DNA of 42,816 nt from a virus. Below, in pieces: positions 34,484 through 42,816 of this stretch. A program made the translations under genes and the position numbers. The notes under the pieces were generated by a model, which did not search any database, was not told the origin of the DNA, and was given only the letters and a program-made list of their open reading frames with translations. The DNA lies in IMG/VR virus record IMGVR_UViG_3300031920_000251, positions 1 to 42,816 of that record; one strand, given 5' to 3'. The number at the start of each line of letters is the position of its first letter. Position 1 is the first letter of the stretch.

Positions 34484-35447
34484 TAGCAAAAATAATACTT
34501 GAAATAAAGACTTGTTTTTTTAAGCCACAATTTCAAGCGGTATAATGGGGTACTTTAAATCTCTTCTGATATACGGCGAACGCTGAGATGCCAACGCCTA
34601 GCAAGGTTAATTACCGGCTACAGAGACTGAGCGAAGAGACACTATTGAAAATAGTGATGCAACAGTCCGAACTTATGGGAAATGAACCATAAGAGTTAGG
34701 CAGAAATGACCTAACTATGAACATTGAAAATTATTAAATAATTCTAAGAGTTCCTTTCTATTAGATATTATAAGATTGCTAAATAATAATTTTTTGGCGA
34801 AATCTCTTATCAACATTTCATATTTTATATGATCTGATGATGATTTAAAAAGTTTAAGATTATTTATATCATTGTTTAATTTATTTCCGTCCATATGATG
34901 TATTTCTTCTCCTTTATTCAAAAATCTTTTAAGATGTTTTTCCATAATTATTATATGTTCTTTTACATAAGGTCTTTTATTTTTTAGTCTGTGTATTCTT
35001 GGATGATTTGGACAATAAATACTTTTATATCCATTAGATAAAAAAGAATTTCCTTCAAAACTATGATGAAATTTTCCAGACATTCTTTCATTTCTGCTTC
35101 TTATTTTAATATTAAATCTTTTTAACCATTTTAATATTATAGATGTTGATACATTACATTTTTTTGCAATCATTGTAGTAGTTTTATTAGAATATTCTTT
35201 TTCCATCCATTTTTTATCCATATATGGTTTTTTATCTAAAAATGTATAATCAGTTGACGATTTTATTTTTATTTTATTTTTTTTTAAATGATTTAAAATT
35301 GTAGTTTTGTTCACATTACATTCAGAAGCAATAGATAAAGAACTTTTATTTAATATATTATATTGGTGACTTAACCATTTAATATTATTATATTTTTTCA
35401 TAAATTTGTTTATTTAATAATTATACAATTCTTCATATAACAATATG
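34484..35447 (+). mobile_element. group I intron (about 964 nt) in the major capsid gene
   Basis: P1 AGTACCT/GGGTACT. P10 CATATACC (35448..35455) pairs with GGTATAATG (34539..34547), contiguous with the P1 guide. P3 34561..66/34634..39, P6 hairpin 34599..34620, P7 GACTG 34625..29/CAGTC 34663..67, P8 CACTAT/ATAGTG, P9 34672..78/34687..93. Terminal G at 35447. The exon frames join exactly. Confidence 0.7.
34715..35401 (-). CDS. HNH homing endonuclease, encoded antisense within the intron
   Basis: EEIHHMDGNKLNNDINNLKLFKSSSDHIKYE is an HNH motif. Two N-terminal HTH-like repeats (KWLSHQY...TTILNHLKK and KKWMEKEY...TSIILKWLKR). Confidence 0.8.
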   Translation of the reverse strand: MKKYNNIKWLSHQYNILNKSSLSIASECNVNKTTILNHLKKNKIKIKSSTDYTFLDKKPYMDKKWMEKEYSNKTTTMIAKKCNVSTSIILKWLKRFNIKIRSRNERMSGKFHHSFEGNSFLSNGYKSIYCPNHPRIHRLKNKRPYVKEHIIIMEKHLKRFLNKGEEIHHMDGNKLNNDINNLKLFKSSSDHIKYEMLIRDFAKKLLFSNLIISNRKELLELFNNFQCS

Positions 35448-36025
35448 CATATACCGATCAAGACGGTAAAACTATTGATGTAACTGGAGGAGACAGTTTA
35501 GCTCCTGCATATTCAGCACATACTTTAAAGCATTCAGCGTCTACTTGGAGAAACAGAATTTCTGGAGACCCTGTTTTCTCAACTGGTGGGTTGGAACTTG
35601 CTGAAACATTAGCAAACACTAATATTCTTAATAACTTCGGACACACAAGAAGCATTAACTTTAATGTTATCTTTTCAGGAAAAGACGCAAATACTTGCAG
35701 ACTTATCAGAAAGGCTATTTTCAGTGAAGGAGATGTTGATGAAGTTAATCCAAGTATTAAGAATACTTATACAGGGTTCCGACATGTTATATTGCCAAAT
35801 TTAGCGACCGATGCTAATGGAGCCTATGACAGCACAAAACGAAGATGGTGGGGAATTCTGGCAACGGAAAAATGGCAAGCACATTTTGGAGTATGGGAAG
35901 AAAACAATATGAATACTCCTCATATTGATCCTCATAATGATAACTATGTTTATGGTTCAAGAATGAGTTATGGAAGATGTTTAACTTCCGCTCGTGGAGC
36001 GATCTATTCTTGCCCAACTTCATAA
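35448..36025 (+). CDS. major capsid protein, exon 2
   Basis: The frame is open from 35441. Joining T34483 to CA35448 gives ...FATST-S-YTDQDGKTIDVTGG... and a 329-aa product (412 + 578 nt = 330 codons). The TTG start at 35591 in the track is internal. Confidence 0.65.
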
Positions 36026-36039
36026 ACGAACTAAAACAG

Positions 36040-36062
36040 GAGGCAGGTGAAATTCCTGCCTC
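36040..36062 (+). terminator. hairpin after the capsid gene
   Basis: GAGGCAGG 36040..36047 pairs with CCTGCCTC 36055..36062 around a 7-nt loop. The downstream sequence is moderately T-rich. Confidence 0.55.
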
Positions 36063-36149
36063 TGAAAAAGTTTATTTATTTAATTTAACAGTCTAAAAAT
36101 TATTCATAATAATTTTAGGATGGTTGGTGGGACTGTTATATAAAAGTCT

Positions 36150-36878
36150 ATGTTAAATATCAATTCAGGTTATGGAGCGATGCAGATGGCAGGTGTTCCA
36201 TTTACGAGTGGTAAAATATTTATGGTTGCGGATACAACAGATCCGAACTATGATGTTTTAACGCAATTATTCAAAGTTGATAATGAGGGAGTTGTAAGAT
36301 TACATTTAACTTTTACACTTGCATTAGCAGAATGTGAAGTAGGAAAAGGAGATGTGATTGTTGTTTCTCCAACATTTGCGACTGCATTAACAGCAACAGA
36401 ATTATTAGCCGCTGAAACAAAAGGAGTTAGAATTGTTCAATCAAACGCTGATAAAAACGGAATAGTTTCTGTTTATAAGCCAGACACTGCGATTGCCGCA
36501 GCAAGCGACAAAAATTTATTTACAGTGACAGGTTTAGTGGAGATTGTTCAGATTATAGGAAAAGTTGGAACTGTTATTCAAACACAGGCAAACAATACTT
36601 TGCTTAAAATCAACCCAACAGACGGGGCAGATGTTGATTTATGTTCTGTGTTAGATATTTCAGCCGCAGCCGCTAAGTCTTTTATGTCTATAACAGGAAC
36701 ACTTGCAAACGCTTTGATAAATACTCCGTCAGGAGCAGTTGCTTCACAGGCGAGTTCAATTATAGTCAATGCAGGAGTTATTGAGTTAGAAACTGCCGCA
36801 GACAATACAGGGACTATCAAGTGGTTATGTAGGTATAGACCTATTGAAGCTGGAGCGCGTATTTTTGTAAAAGCTTAA
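36150..36878 (+). CDS. virion-module hypothetical protein
   Basis: 242-aa ORF, Ala/Thr/Val-rich, directly after the capsid gene. Confidence 0.45.
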   Translation: MLNINSGYGAMQMAGVPFTSGKIFMVADTTDPNYDVLTQLFKVDNEGVVRLHLTFTLALAECEVGKGDVIVVSPTFATALTATELLAAETKGVRIVQSNADKNGIVSVYKPDTAIAAASDKNLFTVTGLVEIVQIIGKVGTVIQTQANNTLLKINPTDGADVDLCSVLDISAAAAKSFMSITGTLANALINTPSGAVASQASSIIVNAGVIELETAADNTGTIKWLCRYRPIEAGARIFVKA

Positions 36879-36899
36879 TTTAATTTAATTTAATTGTTT

Positions 36900-37244
36900 A
36901 TGGCTAACAAAGAAAAAGACAATAAAAAAGAAGAAGAGAAAAAGCCTGTTGAGCAAGTTGTTAAAGTTGTAATTGAAAATCCAAAAAGTAAAAAAGACGA
37001 AAAAGCAGAAGAAAAGAAAATTGAAAATAAGAAAAAAGTTGAAGATAACAAAGTAAAAGAAGAAAAAAAGAAAGAAGCGATTGAGAAAAGCGGATATGAA
37101 AATAAGAAACTTGGAAACGATAAGATTTTAACCGTTAATGAAAAAAAACTTAACGGCAGAGACTATAAGGAGATTAAAACTTATAGCGGACTTACATTTT
37201 TATTGTCAAAAGAGGACTTAGATAAGCAGATTATTGTTGAATAG
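36900..37244 (+). CDS. Lys/Glu-rich hypothetical protein (start moved to ATG 36900)
   Basis: MANKEKDNKKEEEKK...; the tracked start is a TTG two codons upstream. Confidence 0.45.
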   Translation: MANKEKDNKKEEEKKPVEQVVKVVIENPKSKKDEKAEEKKIENKKKVEDNKVKEEKKKEAIEKSGYENKKLGNDKILTVNEKKLNGRDYKEIKTYSGLTFLLSKEDLDKQIIVE

Positions 37245-37306
37245 TCGCTTATTACACCGCTTTTTAATTAAGGCGGTAAATAATAAATTATTTAACTAAA
37301 AATTAT

Positions 37307-37945
37307 ATGCGAAGTTATCAAGACCCAATAGCACTTTTTTTAAGCACAAAATTATTACAAGCAGCGTTCACTGCGGCGGCAACAGATATTGTAACCTGCA
37401 CGGCTCACGGTTTCGTTACTGGCGATAAAATAAGAGTAACGACATCTGGTGGCATTGATTTACCCGCTGGATTAGCAACAGGAACAGATTATTACATCGT
37501 AAAGATTGACGCTGATACATTTTATTTAAGTTCAACATTAAGCGATAGTCCAACGCATAGAGTTGATATTACAGACGCTGGAACTGGAACGCATACACTA
37601 CATTTGAAAAGCAAAAAGGTGTTAGTTGAAGATTTCAGACATTTAGGATTGTCTTTGCATACTGCCAACTCTGCAAACTTTACAGTTAAAATTCAGATGT
37701 CAAGACAAGAAGATGTAGATTTTGAAGCGGCCGCTTCTGCTACTAACCGTTGGTCTTATGTTCAAAATATAAACAATGAAGACGGTAAATCAGTTGACGG
37801 AGACACAGGAATAACACAATTAAATGCTGGAACAGACGAGAATAAAGAATTTTCAATAAATCTTGACGGCGTTATATTGATTTGTGCAGATATTACTTCC
37901 TGGACGGCAGGCTCGCTCGATCTTCGTGTGACACCTTTCAATTAA
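37307..37945 (+). CDS. virion-module hypothetical protein
   Basis: 212-aa ORF containing AHGFVTGDKIRVTTSGGIDLPAGLATGTDYYIVKIDADTFYL, a beta-domain pattern common in phage structural proteins. Confidence 0.45.
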   Translation: MRSYQDPIALFLSTKLLQAAFTAAATDIVTCTAHGFVTGDKIRVTTSGGIDLPAGLATGTDYYIVKIDADTFYLSSTLSDSPTHRVDITDAGTGTHTLHLKSKKVLVEDFRHLGLSLHTANSANFTVKIQMSRQEDVDFEAAASATNRWSYVQNINNEDGKSVDGDTGITQLNAGTDENKEFSINLDGVILICADITSWTAGSLDLRVTPFN

Positions 37946-37964
37946 ATTACTAACCATTAAAATT

Positions 37965-39863
37965 ATGCGAACAAAATTATTATTTATCGGGCTATTTTTA
38001 GCAATATTATTATCTGGTTGCAATAATCCAGTTATTCAGAATGAAGATAATAATTTGAGAGCAAGAACAGGCGTTGATGTTTGGGACGACAGAGAGGGAG
38101 ACGCTTATCTTGACGGAAATGCAACGACAACAGGAAATTCTTATATTGGTGGTGCGTTAGATGTCGCTGGGGACACAACGCTGACTAACTTAGATGTCTC
38201 TGGTGCCTTTACTCTTACTGGCACAGCTGGAGCAGGTGGGATTGATATGAACAGCGAAATAATATCAAATATAGGAAATGCTGGGACTGATTTTGTCGCA
38301 GGTGGCGGCTTTAATTTGGATGGCGACTTAAATTTGACTGGCACATCAACGAACCACTTACTTTTGCCACTAAACAATGACCCAGCAACTCCTACCTTGG
38401 CATTTGGTGACGGTGACACTGGGTTTTATGAGGCGAGTGCTGATGTGATTGGTATTGCTATTGGGGGTATTTCCGATTGGTTTATTCACTCTAATGCTTT
38501 TCAATCTAATTTAGCGGGAGGACCTTCTTTAAACTCTATTACAGCTACTGCCATTTTACCTGCTTTTAGCCCAAATAAAACTGACATAGACACAGGTATA
38601 GGATACGCAGCAACCGACCAACTTTCCCTAATAGCCGGCGGAGTCGAAGGCCACAGAATCACAGAAGCAGCAGGGGCAATTACTCACGAATTAGTAGGTG
38701 AAGTTCAAGGAGCAACATTCTCAAACCAAATGACAAACCTTGCCAGCTCTCAAATCTTAGGTTTAACAACAGACCCACGGTTTTTGAATATGCTTAATGA
38801 GAGTCCTTTGAGTGATATGATTACGAATGGGGATTTTTCAGATGCGACTTATACCGATACATCTGTTCACGCATTGGTTGGGTGGGTGCAGGGAGGCACG
38901 CACGATGCAACGAATAAATTTACTATTGTTGCAGGTGAATGCCGGATGATTTCCGATGGAACCTTATCGTATATCAATCAAGTGGTACTGACAATTGGAC
39001 AAAAATATATAATTACCGTGAATGTGACAGATATTACCGCTGGTTCTGCATATTGTTCAGTAGGTGGCACCGACTATCTTCTATCACTGGGTATTAATAG
39101 ATTTGTGGTGACAGCGAGCACTAATGGAATATTGTTTAAAAGGGTAGGCGGTGTAGCTGACATAACCTTTGACGATGTAGTAATAACCCCAGTATACGAA
39201 GACATCTCAATGAAAGGACACGATGGACAGTATATGGGAACTTGGGCATCAGGCGACCGCATTAACAAAGGTTCAGGCTGGGCATTAGACCCTAACGGAA
39301 CGGATGCTTATATTGACCTGGGTGATTCTGATGATTTCAGTTTCGGTGATGGAACAAATGATAGTCCGTTTACTGTGTTTGGGTTGATTGAGGTTGTTGA
39401 TACTGGAGGTTTCCAAGGAATAGTAATGAAGTTTGATATAACAACGGGTAGTGAAAATCGTGAATTCGCTGTAAATATGGACGGTACTGAAAAGTTAAAA
39501 CTATTGCTATATGATGAAAGTGCAAATGCGTATGAGAGTGAAGTTGTAGATGCTAGTTTATCAGCAGGAATGCATTCAATTGTAACAGCTTATGACGGAA
39601 GAGGCGGTGTAAACGCAGCAGATGGTATCACGATTTATATAGATGGAAAAGAAGTTGCAAGTACACGGATAGCAAGTGGTACTTATGTGGCAATGGAAAA
39701 TCTTACAACACCTCTTATGATTGGGGCAAGTATAGGAACAGGTGGTGTTTCAGAAGCATTTATGCAAGGCGACATCGGACACGTCGGAATAGACGCAGTT
39801 GAATGGAGTGCAGCAGACGCTTGGAAACATTATCTAAACACCAAGGGGCTTAATAATTTATAA
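37965..39863 (+). CDS. fibre-like protein with a lipoprotein signal peptide and a C-terminal LamG/concanavalin-A-like domain
   Basis: MRTKLLFIGLFLAILLSGC has the lipobox LSGC. The C-terminus GWALDPNGTDAYIDLGDSDDFSFGDGTNDSPFTVFG...REFAVNMDG...ITIYIDGKEVAS matches the Laminin_G_3-type pattern. Confidence 0.6.
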   Translation: MRTKLLFIGLFLAILLSGCNNPVIQNEDNNLRARTGVDVWDDREGDAYLDGNATTTGNSYIGGALDVAGDTTLTNLDVSGAFTLTGTAGAGGIDMNSEIISNIGNAGTDFVAGGGFNLDGDLNLTGTSTNHLLLPLNNDPATPTLAFGDGDTGFYEASADVIGIAIGGISDWFIHSNAFQSNLAGGPSLNSITATAILPAFSPNKTDIDTGIGYAATDQLSLIAGGVEGHRITEAAGAITHELVGEVQGATFSNQMTNLASSQILGLTTDPRFLNMLNESPLSDMITNGDFSDATYTDTSVHALVGWVQGGTHDATNKFTIVAGECRMISDGTLSYINQVVLTIGQKYIITVNVTDITAGSAYCSVGGTDYLLSLGINRFVVTASTNGILFKRVGGVADITFDDVVITPVYEDISMKGHDGQYMGTWASGDRINKGSGWALDPNGTDAYIDLGDSDDFSFGDGTNDSPFTVFGLIEVVDTGGFQGIVMKFDITTGSENREFAVNMDGTEKLKLLLYDESANAYESEVVDASLSAGMHSIVTAYDGRGGVNAADGITIYIDGKEVASTRIASGTYVAMENLTTPLMIGASIGTGGVSEAFMQGDIGHVGIDAVEWSAADAWKHYLNTKGLNNL

Positions 39864-39909
39864 TTTAACAAAAAAATTGCAGACATTGCAAAAAATAATT
39901 AAAAACATT

Positions 39910-40227
39910 ATGGATACTAAAAAAACAATAGCAGGCACTGGCATAGCAATACTTCTAGCAACAGCAGGAATGACTGGAGAATTTTATGTTAACAAAGATG
40001 AAAAATTACTTGATAAGGATTATACTACTTACGAATATCATCAGATAAGAGAACAGATAGGAGAAAAAGGAAGTCAAGATAATTTGAATTATAAAGAACT
40101 TGAACTTTTCGTAGCCGTCCTAAATAAAGAAAAAGAAAAATGCGGAGGCAAACTCCATAAAGTAAATAGTAATGAAGACATCCGAAATTTAGTTAAAAAC
40201 TTTGACAAAAACGGATGCCCTCAATAA
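39910..40227 (+). CDS. small protein with an N-terminal membrane anchor (start moved to ATG 39910)
   Basis: MDTKKTIAGTGIAILLATAGMTG followed by a polar domain. Confidence 0.4.
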   Translation: MDTKKTIAGTGIAILLATAGMTGEFYVNKDEKLLDKDYTTYEYHQIREQIGEKGSQDNLNYKELELFVAVLNKEKEKCGGKLHKVNSNEDIRNLVKNFDKNGCPQ

Positions 40228-40247
40228 TAATAATTTAATTAAAATAT

Positions 40248-41087
40248 ATGAACATAAAAGAAGCAAAAAAAAAGTTATCAAATATTGTTAACTCAACTAA
40301 CCAATCCTGCTTGATATTAGAAAACTTACAAAAAGAAGTTTTACAAAAACAAGATTTTATAAAAACTCTTCTTTCTGATATTAAAAATTTTCAGGAAAAA
40401 CTTGATTTAGGAAAAGTTAATAAAGAAAAAATAGAAGAAGAAGCAAAAAAAATAAAAGTCGTTATTGTTAAAAGCAACAAAGAATTAAACGAATTATCAG
40501 AAAAAATAAAAGTTAGTAAAGAAGAAAATGAGAAATTATATAAAGATAGAGAAAATAAAACAAACGAAGTCTTAAAAAATATAAGAGAAAAGACAGACGA
40601 ATTTGAGCAGACGAAAGAAAATTATCTAAAAGAATTTTTAAAGTTTGATGTTAAAAAAGGATTTATAAAATCCGACAATAAAACTTTAAGAGAAGAAAAT
40701 GAAATATTAGGAAAAGATAACGAAAGATTAAAAGCAGAGATTAACATTTCAGATAGAAAAATTGCTTTTGATATTAAAGAAATGGCTAAAAATAAAGAAG
40801 CGATTGAAAAAGCAAAAGAATTAAGAAAATCATTAGAATTAGATATTATTGAATTAAAAGTAGGAATAGATAATAAAGATAAAGAATTAGAAGATATAGA
40901 AAAAGAGATTAAAGAATCAGACAAAACGAAAGATAAGAAGAAAGTTGAACTTGATAAATTCACAAGCAAAATATTTAAGATAGGAGAGAAAGAGACTTAT
41001 TTAAGAGAAAAAGAAATTTATATAATTAAACAGTGTAAAAAATTTGGTATTGAGTATGAAGAATTTTCAACACAAAATAATAGTTAG
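40248..41087 (+). CDS. coiled-coil Lys/Glu-rich protein
   Basis: 279 aa with a heptad-like charged sequence. The antisense ORF 40622..40969 is a shadow. Confidence 0.5.
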   Translation: MNIKEAKKKLSNIVNSTNQSCLILENLQKEVLQKQDFIKTLLSDIKNFQEKLDLGKVNKEKIEEEAKKIKVVIVKSNKELNELSEKIKVSKEENEKLYKDRENKTNEVLKNIREKTDEFEQTKENYLKEFLKFDVKKGFIKSDNKTLREENEILGKDNERLKAEINISDRKIAFDIKEMAKNKEAIEKAKELRKSLELDIIELKVGIDNKDKELEDIEKEIKESDKTKDKKKVELDKFTSKIFKIGEKETYLREKEIYIIKQCKKFGIEYEEFSTQNNS

Positions 41088-42075
41088 TCTATTTATTGCA
41101 TTACTTTTTTTAACTGGTTGTGATTTACAACCACCAGTTGAAGATGATATTGATTTGGCAGGTAGAACTGCAGGCTCGTGGAAAAATGTAAATAGTCAAT
41201 TAAGAACTAATAATGATATTCCTGTTAGAATTGACAATGATTTGCTTTTTTATGATGAAATAAAGCCAGACGGAGCAACTTGTTCAGACGGGCAGATACT
41301 TAAAAAGACTGGTGCTGATAATTGGGATTGTGCGGCTGATACGAATACAACATATACAGCGAGTGGAACACTACTTGACGAGACAAGTGAAGTATTTTCA
41401 ATAAACAATGGAACATTGACCGACACTAAATATTGTATATATACGACAGGTGTAGGAATTGTTTGTAATTCAGATGGAGGTGCAGGTGTTTCTACTGGTG
41501 ACAGTCCAACTTGGACAGGAGAGCATACTTTCTCCGCAACGACAACAATGGCGACAACGACAATGACGGCTTTAACTATCACAGGGACAGGAACTTCTAC
41601 TGTTATTACAGGTAATGTTCAAATAGACGGAAATCTTGATGTTACTGGAGATGTCGGCGGGACTGGAATGGTTGCATTAATAACAACAATGATAGCCGCG
41701 GCTTTAGTTACCTTTGCAAGTGCGGTAGTTACTTTGACAAATAAAAGAGTTACAATGAGAGTAACCACAGAGGCAAGTTCGGCAACACCAACAATAAATA
41801 CAGATAATTCAGATATACATTCAATCACGGCATTAGCGACAGCGATCACTTCAATGACTACTAATTTATCAGGAACGCCAACTAACGGGCAAAAACTTAT
41901 TATAAGGATATTAGATAATGCAACTGGCAGAGCAATTACTTGGGGAGCGAGTTTTGAAGACAATGGAGTGGCTCTTCCAAACACAACAACAGCGAGCAAA
42001 CTATTATCAATAGGATTTATTTATGACACTGTTTCCTCAAAATGGGGATGTGTAGCAAGTGTTTCAGAAACATAG
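41056..42075 (+). CDS. fibre-like lipoprotein (start moved to ATG 41056)
   Basis: MKNFQHKIIVSLFIALLFLTGC has the lipobox LTGC. T/G/A-rich. Shares TFSATTTMATTT(I/M)T with the 3186..5171 product. Confidence 0.55.
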   Translation: MKNFQHKIIVSLFIALLFLTGCDLQPPVEDDIDLAGRTAGSWKNVNSQLRTNNDIPVRIDNDLLFYDEIKPDGATCSDGQILKKTGADNWDCAADTNTTYTASGTLLDETSEVFSINNGTLTDTKYCIYTTGVGIVCNSDGGAGVSTGDSPTWTGEHTFSATTTMATTTMTALTITGTGTSTVITGNVQIDGNLDVTGDVGGTGMVALITTMIAAALVTFASAVVTLTNKRVTMRVTTEASSATPTINTDNSDIHSITALATAITSMTTNLSGTPTNGQKLIIRILDNATGRAITWGASFEDNGVALPNTTTASKLLSIGFIYDTVSSKWGCVASVSET

Positions 42076-42102
42076 ATATATGAAACATAATAACAAAAAA
42101 CT

Positions 42103-42816
42103 ATGGATTACGATTTCATAACAACTTGTAATTGGACTTCTACTGGAACTTTTACTTTAAGAGCATATCGTGGAAGTGGAACTGATGTAGTTACTACACA
42201 TTACGCTTCTATATTCTATAGAAAAGTTGGAGATGCAGAGTGGACTGCACTTAATGCCAGCGGACAACTTGTAATTGACGAGATTGGAGAATGGGAGATA
42301 GCGAATGATTGGAATAAATCTGGTAATGATTGTTTAACTCATTCTTATTATGGAATTACTGCAATAAATAGTTGCACAGATGTCTATTTTGACGAAGTTT
42401 CTCTTGGAACAACAGTAGGTGATAATTTTCTATCTTATTGTTGGTATAATTGCACCTCTCTAACCTCAATGCCTTCTGGTTTTAATCTCCCAACTGGTAT
42501 AACAACAGTCGGAACTTATTTTCTAGCATATTGTTGGCGTAGTTGCACATCTCTAACCTCAATGCCTTCTGGTTTCAATCTACCAAGCGGTATAACAACA
42601 GTCGGAACTTATTTTCTAGCATATTGTTGGCGTAGTTGCACATCCCTAACCTCAATGCCTTCTGGTTTTAACTTACCGAGCGGAATAACCACAGTTGGAA
42701 ATAGTTTTCTTAATGCTTGTTGGTATAATTGCACCTCTCTAACCTCAATGCCTTCTGGTTTTAATCTCCCAACTGGTATAACAACAGTCGGAACTTATTT
42801 TCTAGCATATTGTTGG
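42103..42816 (+). CDS. BspA-like LRR protein, N-terminal part (continues at base 2 / 101 of the window)
   Basis: ATG at 42103. No stop through the window end (238 codons translated by hand). A unique ~110-aa N-terminal domain is followed by 31-aa repeats. It is absent from the ORF track because it has no in-window stop. Confidence 0.7.
   Translation, partial: MDYDFITTCNWTSTGTFTLRAYRGSGTDVVTTHYASIFYRKVGDAEWTALNASGQLVIDEIGEWEIANDWNKSGNDCLTHSYYGITAINSCTDVYFDEVSLGTTVGDNFLSYCWYNCTSLTSMPSGFNLPTGITTVGTYFLAYCWRSCTSLTSMPSGFNLPSGITTVGTYFLAYCWRSCTSLTSMPSGFNLPSGITTVGNSFLNACWYNCTSLTSMPSGFNLPTGITTVGTYFLAYCW
42439..42816 (+). repeat. 93-nt tandem repeat array (four units here, continued at the window start)
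   Basis: TGTTGG at 42439, 42532, 42625 and 42718. The units are nearly identical at the nucleotide level. Confidence 0.9.
42717..42816. repeat. 100-nt terminal overlap with bases 1..100 (circular-contig closure or terminal redundancy)
   Basis: Exact identity checked base by base. 42438..42537 is also an identical copy, so the overlap lies inside the repeat array. Confidence 0.9.

Noticed and set aside
34484-34545. C-terminal tail LAKIILEIKTCFFKPQFQAV of the tracked ORF 34072..34545
   Set aside because: Interpreted as read-through into the intron. The P1 pairing places the splice site at 34483.
35458-36023. Minus-strand ORFs 35458..35655 and 35814..36023, and the TTG start at 35591
   Set aside because: Both minus-strand ORFs are antisense to capsid exon 2. 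The plus frame is open from 35441 and encodes continuous capsid-like sequence upstream of 35591.

Overview
The window reads as one complete, AT-rich tailed-phage genome. Bases 1..100 are identical to 42717..42816, which suggests circular closure or permutation with a unique length of about 42,716 bp. There are two transcription blocks. (1) A plus-strand late block starts at a consensus sigma70-type promoter near 27.3 kb. It encodes a small-terminase-like protein, TerL, a portal candidate, a scaffold-like protein, a decoration-like protein, the major capsid gene, and fibre, LamG and LRR proteins. It runs through the window end and continues from base 1 with holin-like proteins, a papain-like peptidase endolysin, a fibre, and large virion proteins (one with a lytic transglycosylase domain). 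It ends at a bidirectional terminator near 13.04 kb. (2) A minus-strand early block runs from about 27.1 kb down to about 13.1 kb. It encodes an SF3 primase-helicase, a CHC2 zinc-finger protein, an XRE-type HTH, a PD-(D/E)XK exonuclease, an SNF2-like helicase, RtcB RNA ligase, a RecU-like nuclease and a homing-endonuclease-like gene. A ~1 kb non-coding stretch (25.9-26.9 kb) between the blocks carries iterons, a (TA)14 tract and several long hairpins, and is a candidate origin/control region. The main hunting results are as follows. The major capsid gene is split by a ~964-nt group I intron: P1/P10 guide pairing, a P3-P9 core and the exon frames can all be read directly. That intron carries an HNH endonuclease gene on the opposite strand. 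A 21-aa tandem-repeat protein is followed, in frame after a single TAA, by a start-less HNH-motif ORF that is ATGA-coupled to a membrane-anchored transglycosylase. A 94-nt duplication carrying one of those repeat units disrupts the 5' end of a neighbouring gene. Several fibre-like late proteins have lipoprotein or Sec signal peptides. A 93-nt-repeat LRR gene spans the circular junction. Two homopolymer frameshifts were also found. I recognised no tRNA, rRNA, CRISPR array, integrase or DNA polymerase, and the long ORFs are intact in the standard genetic code. All family assignments are by-eye motif recognition, not database searches.
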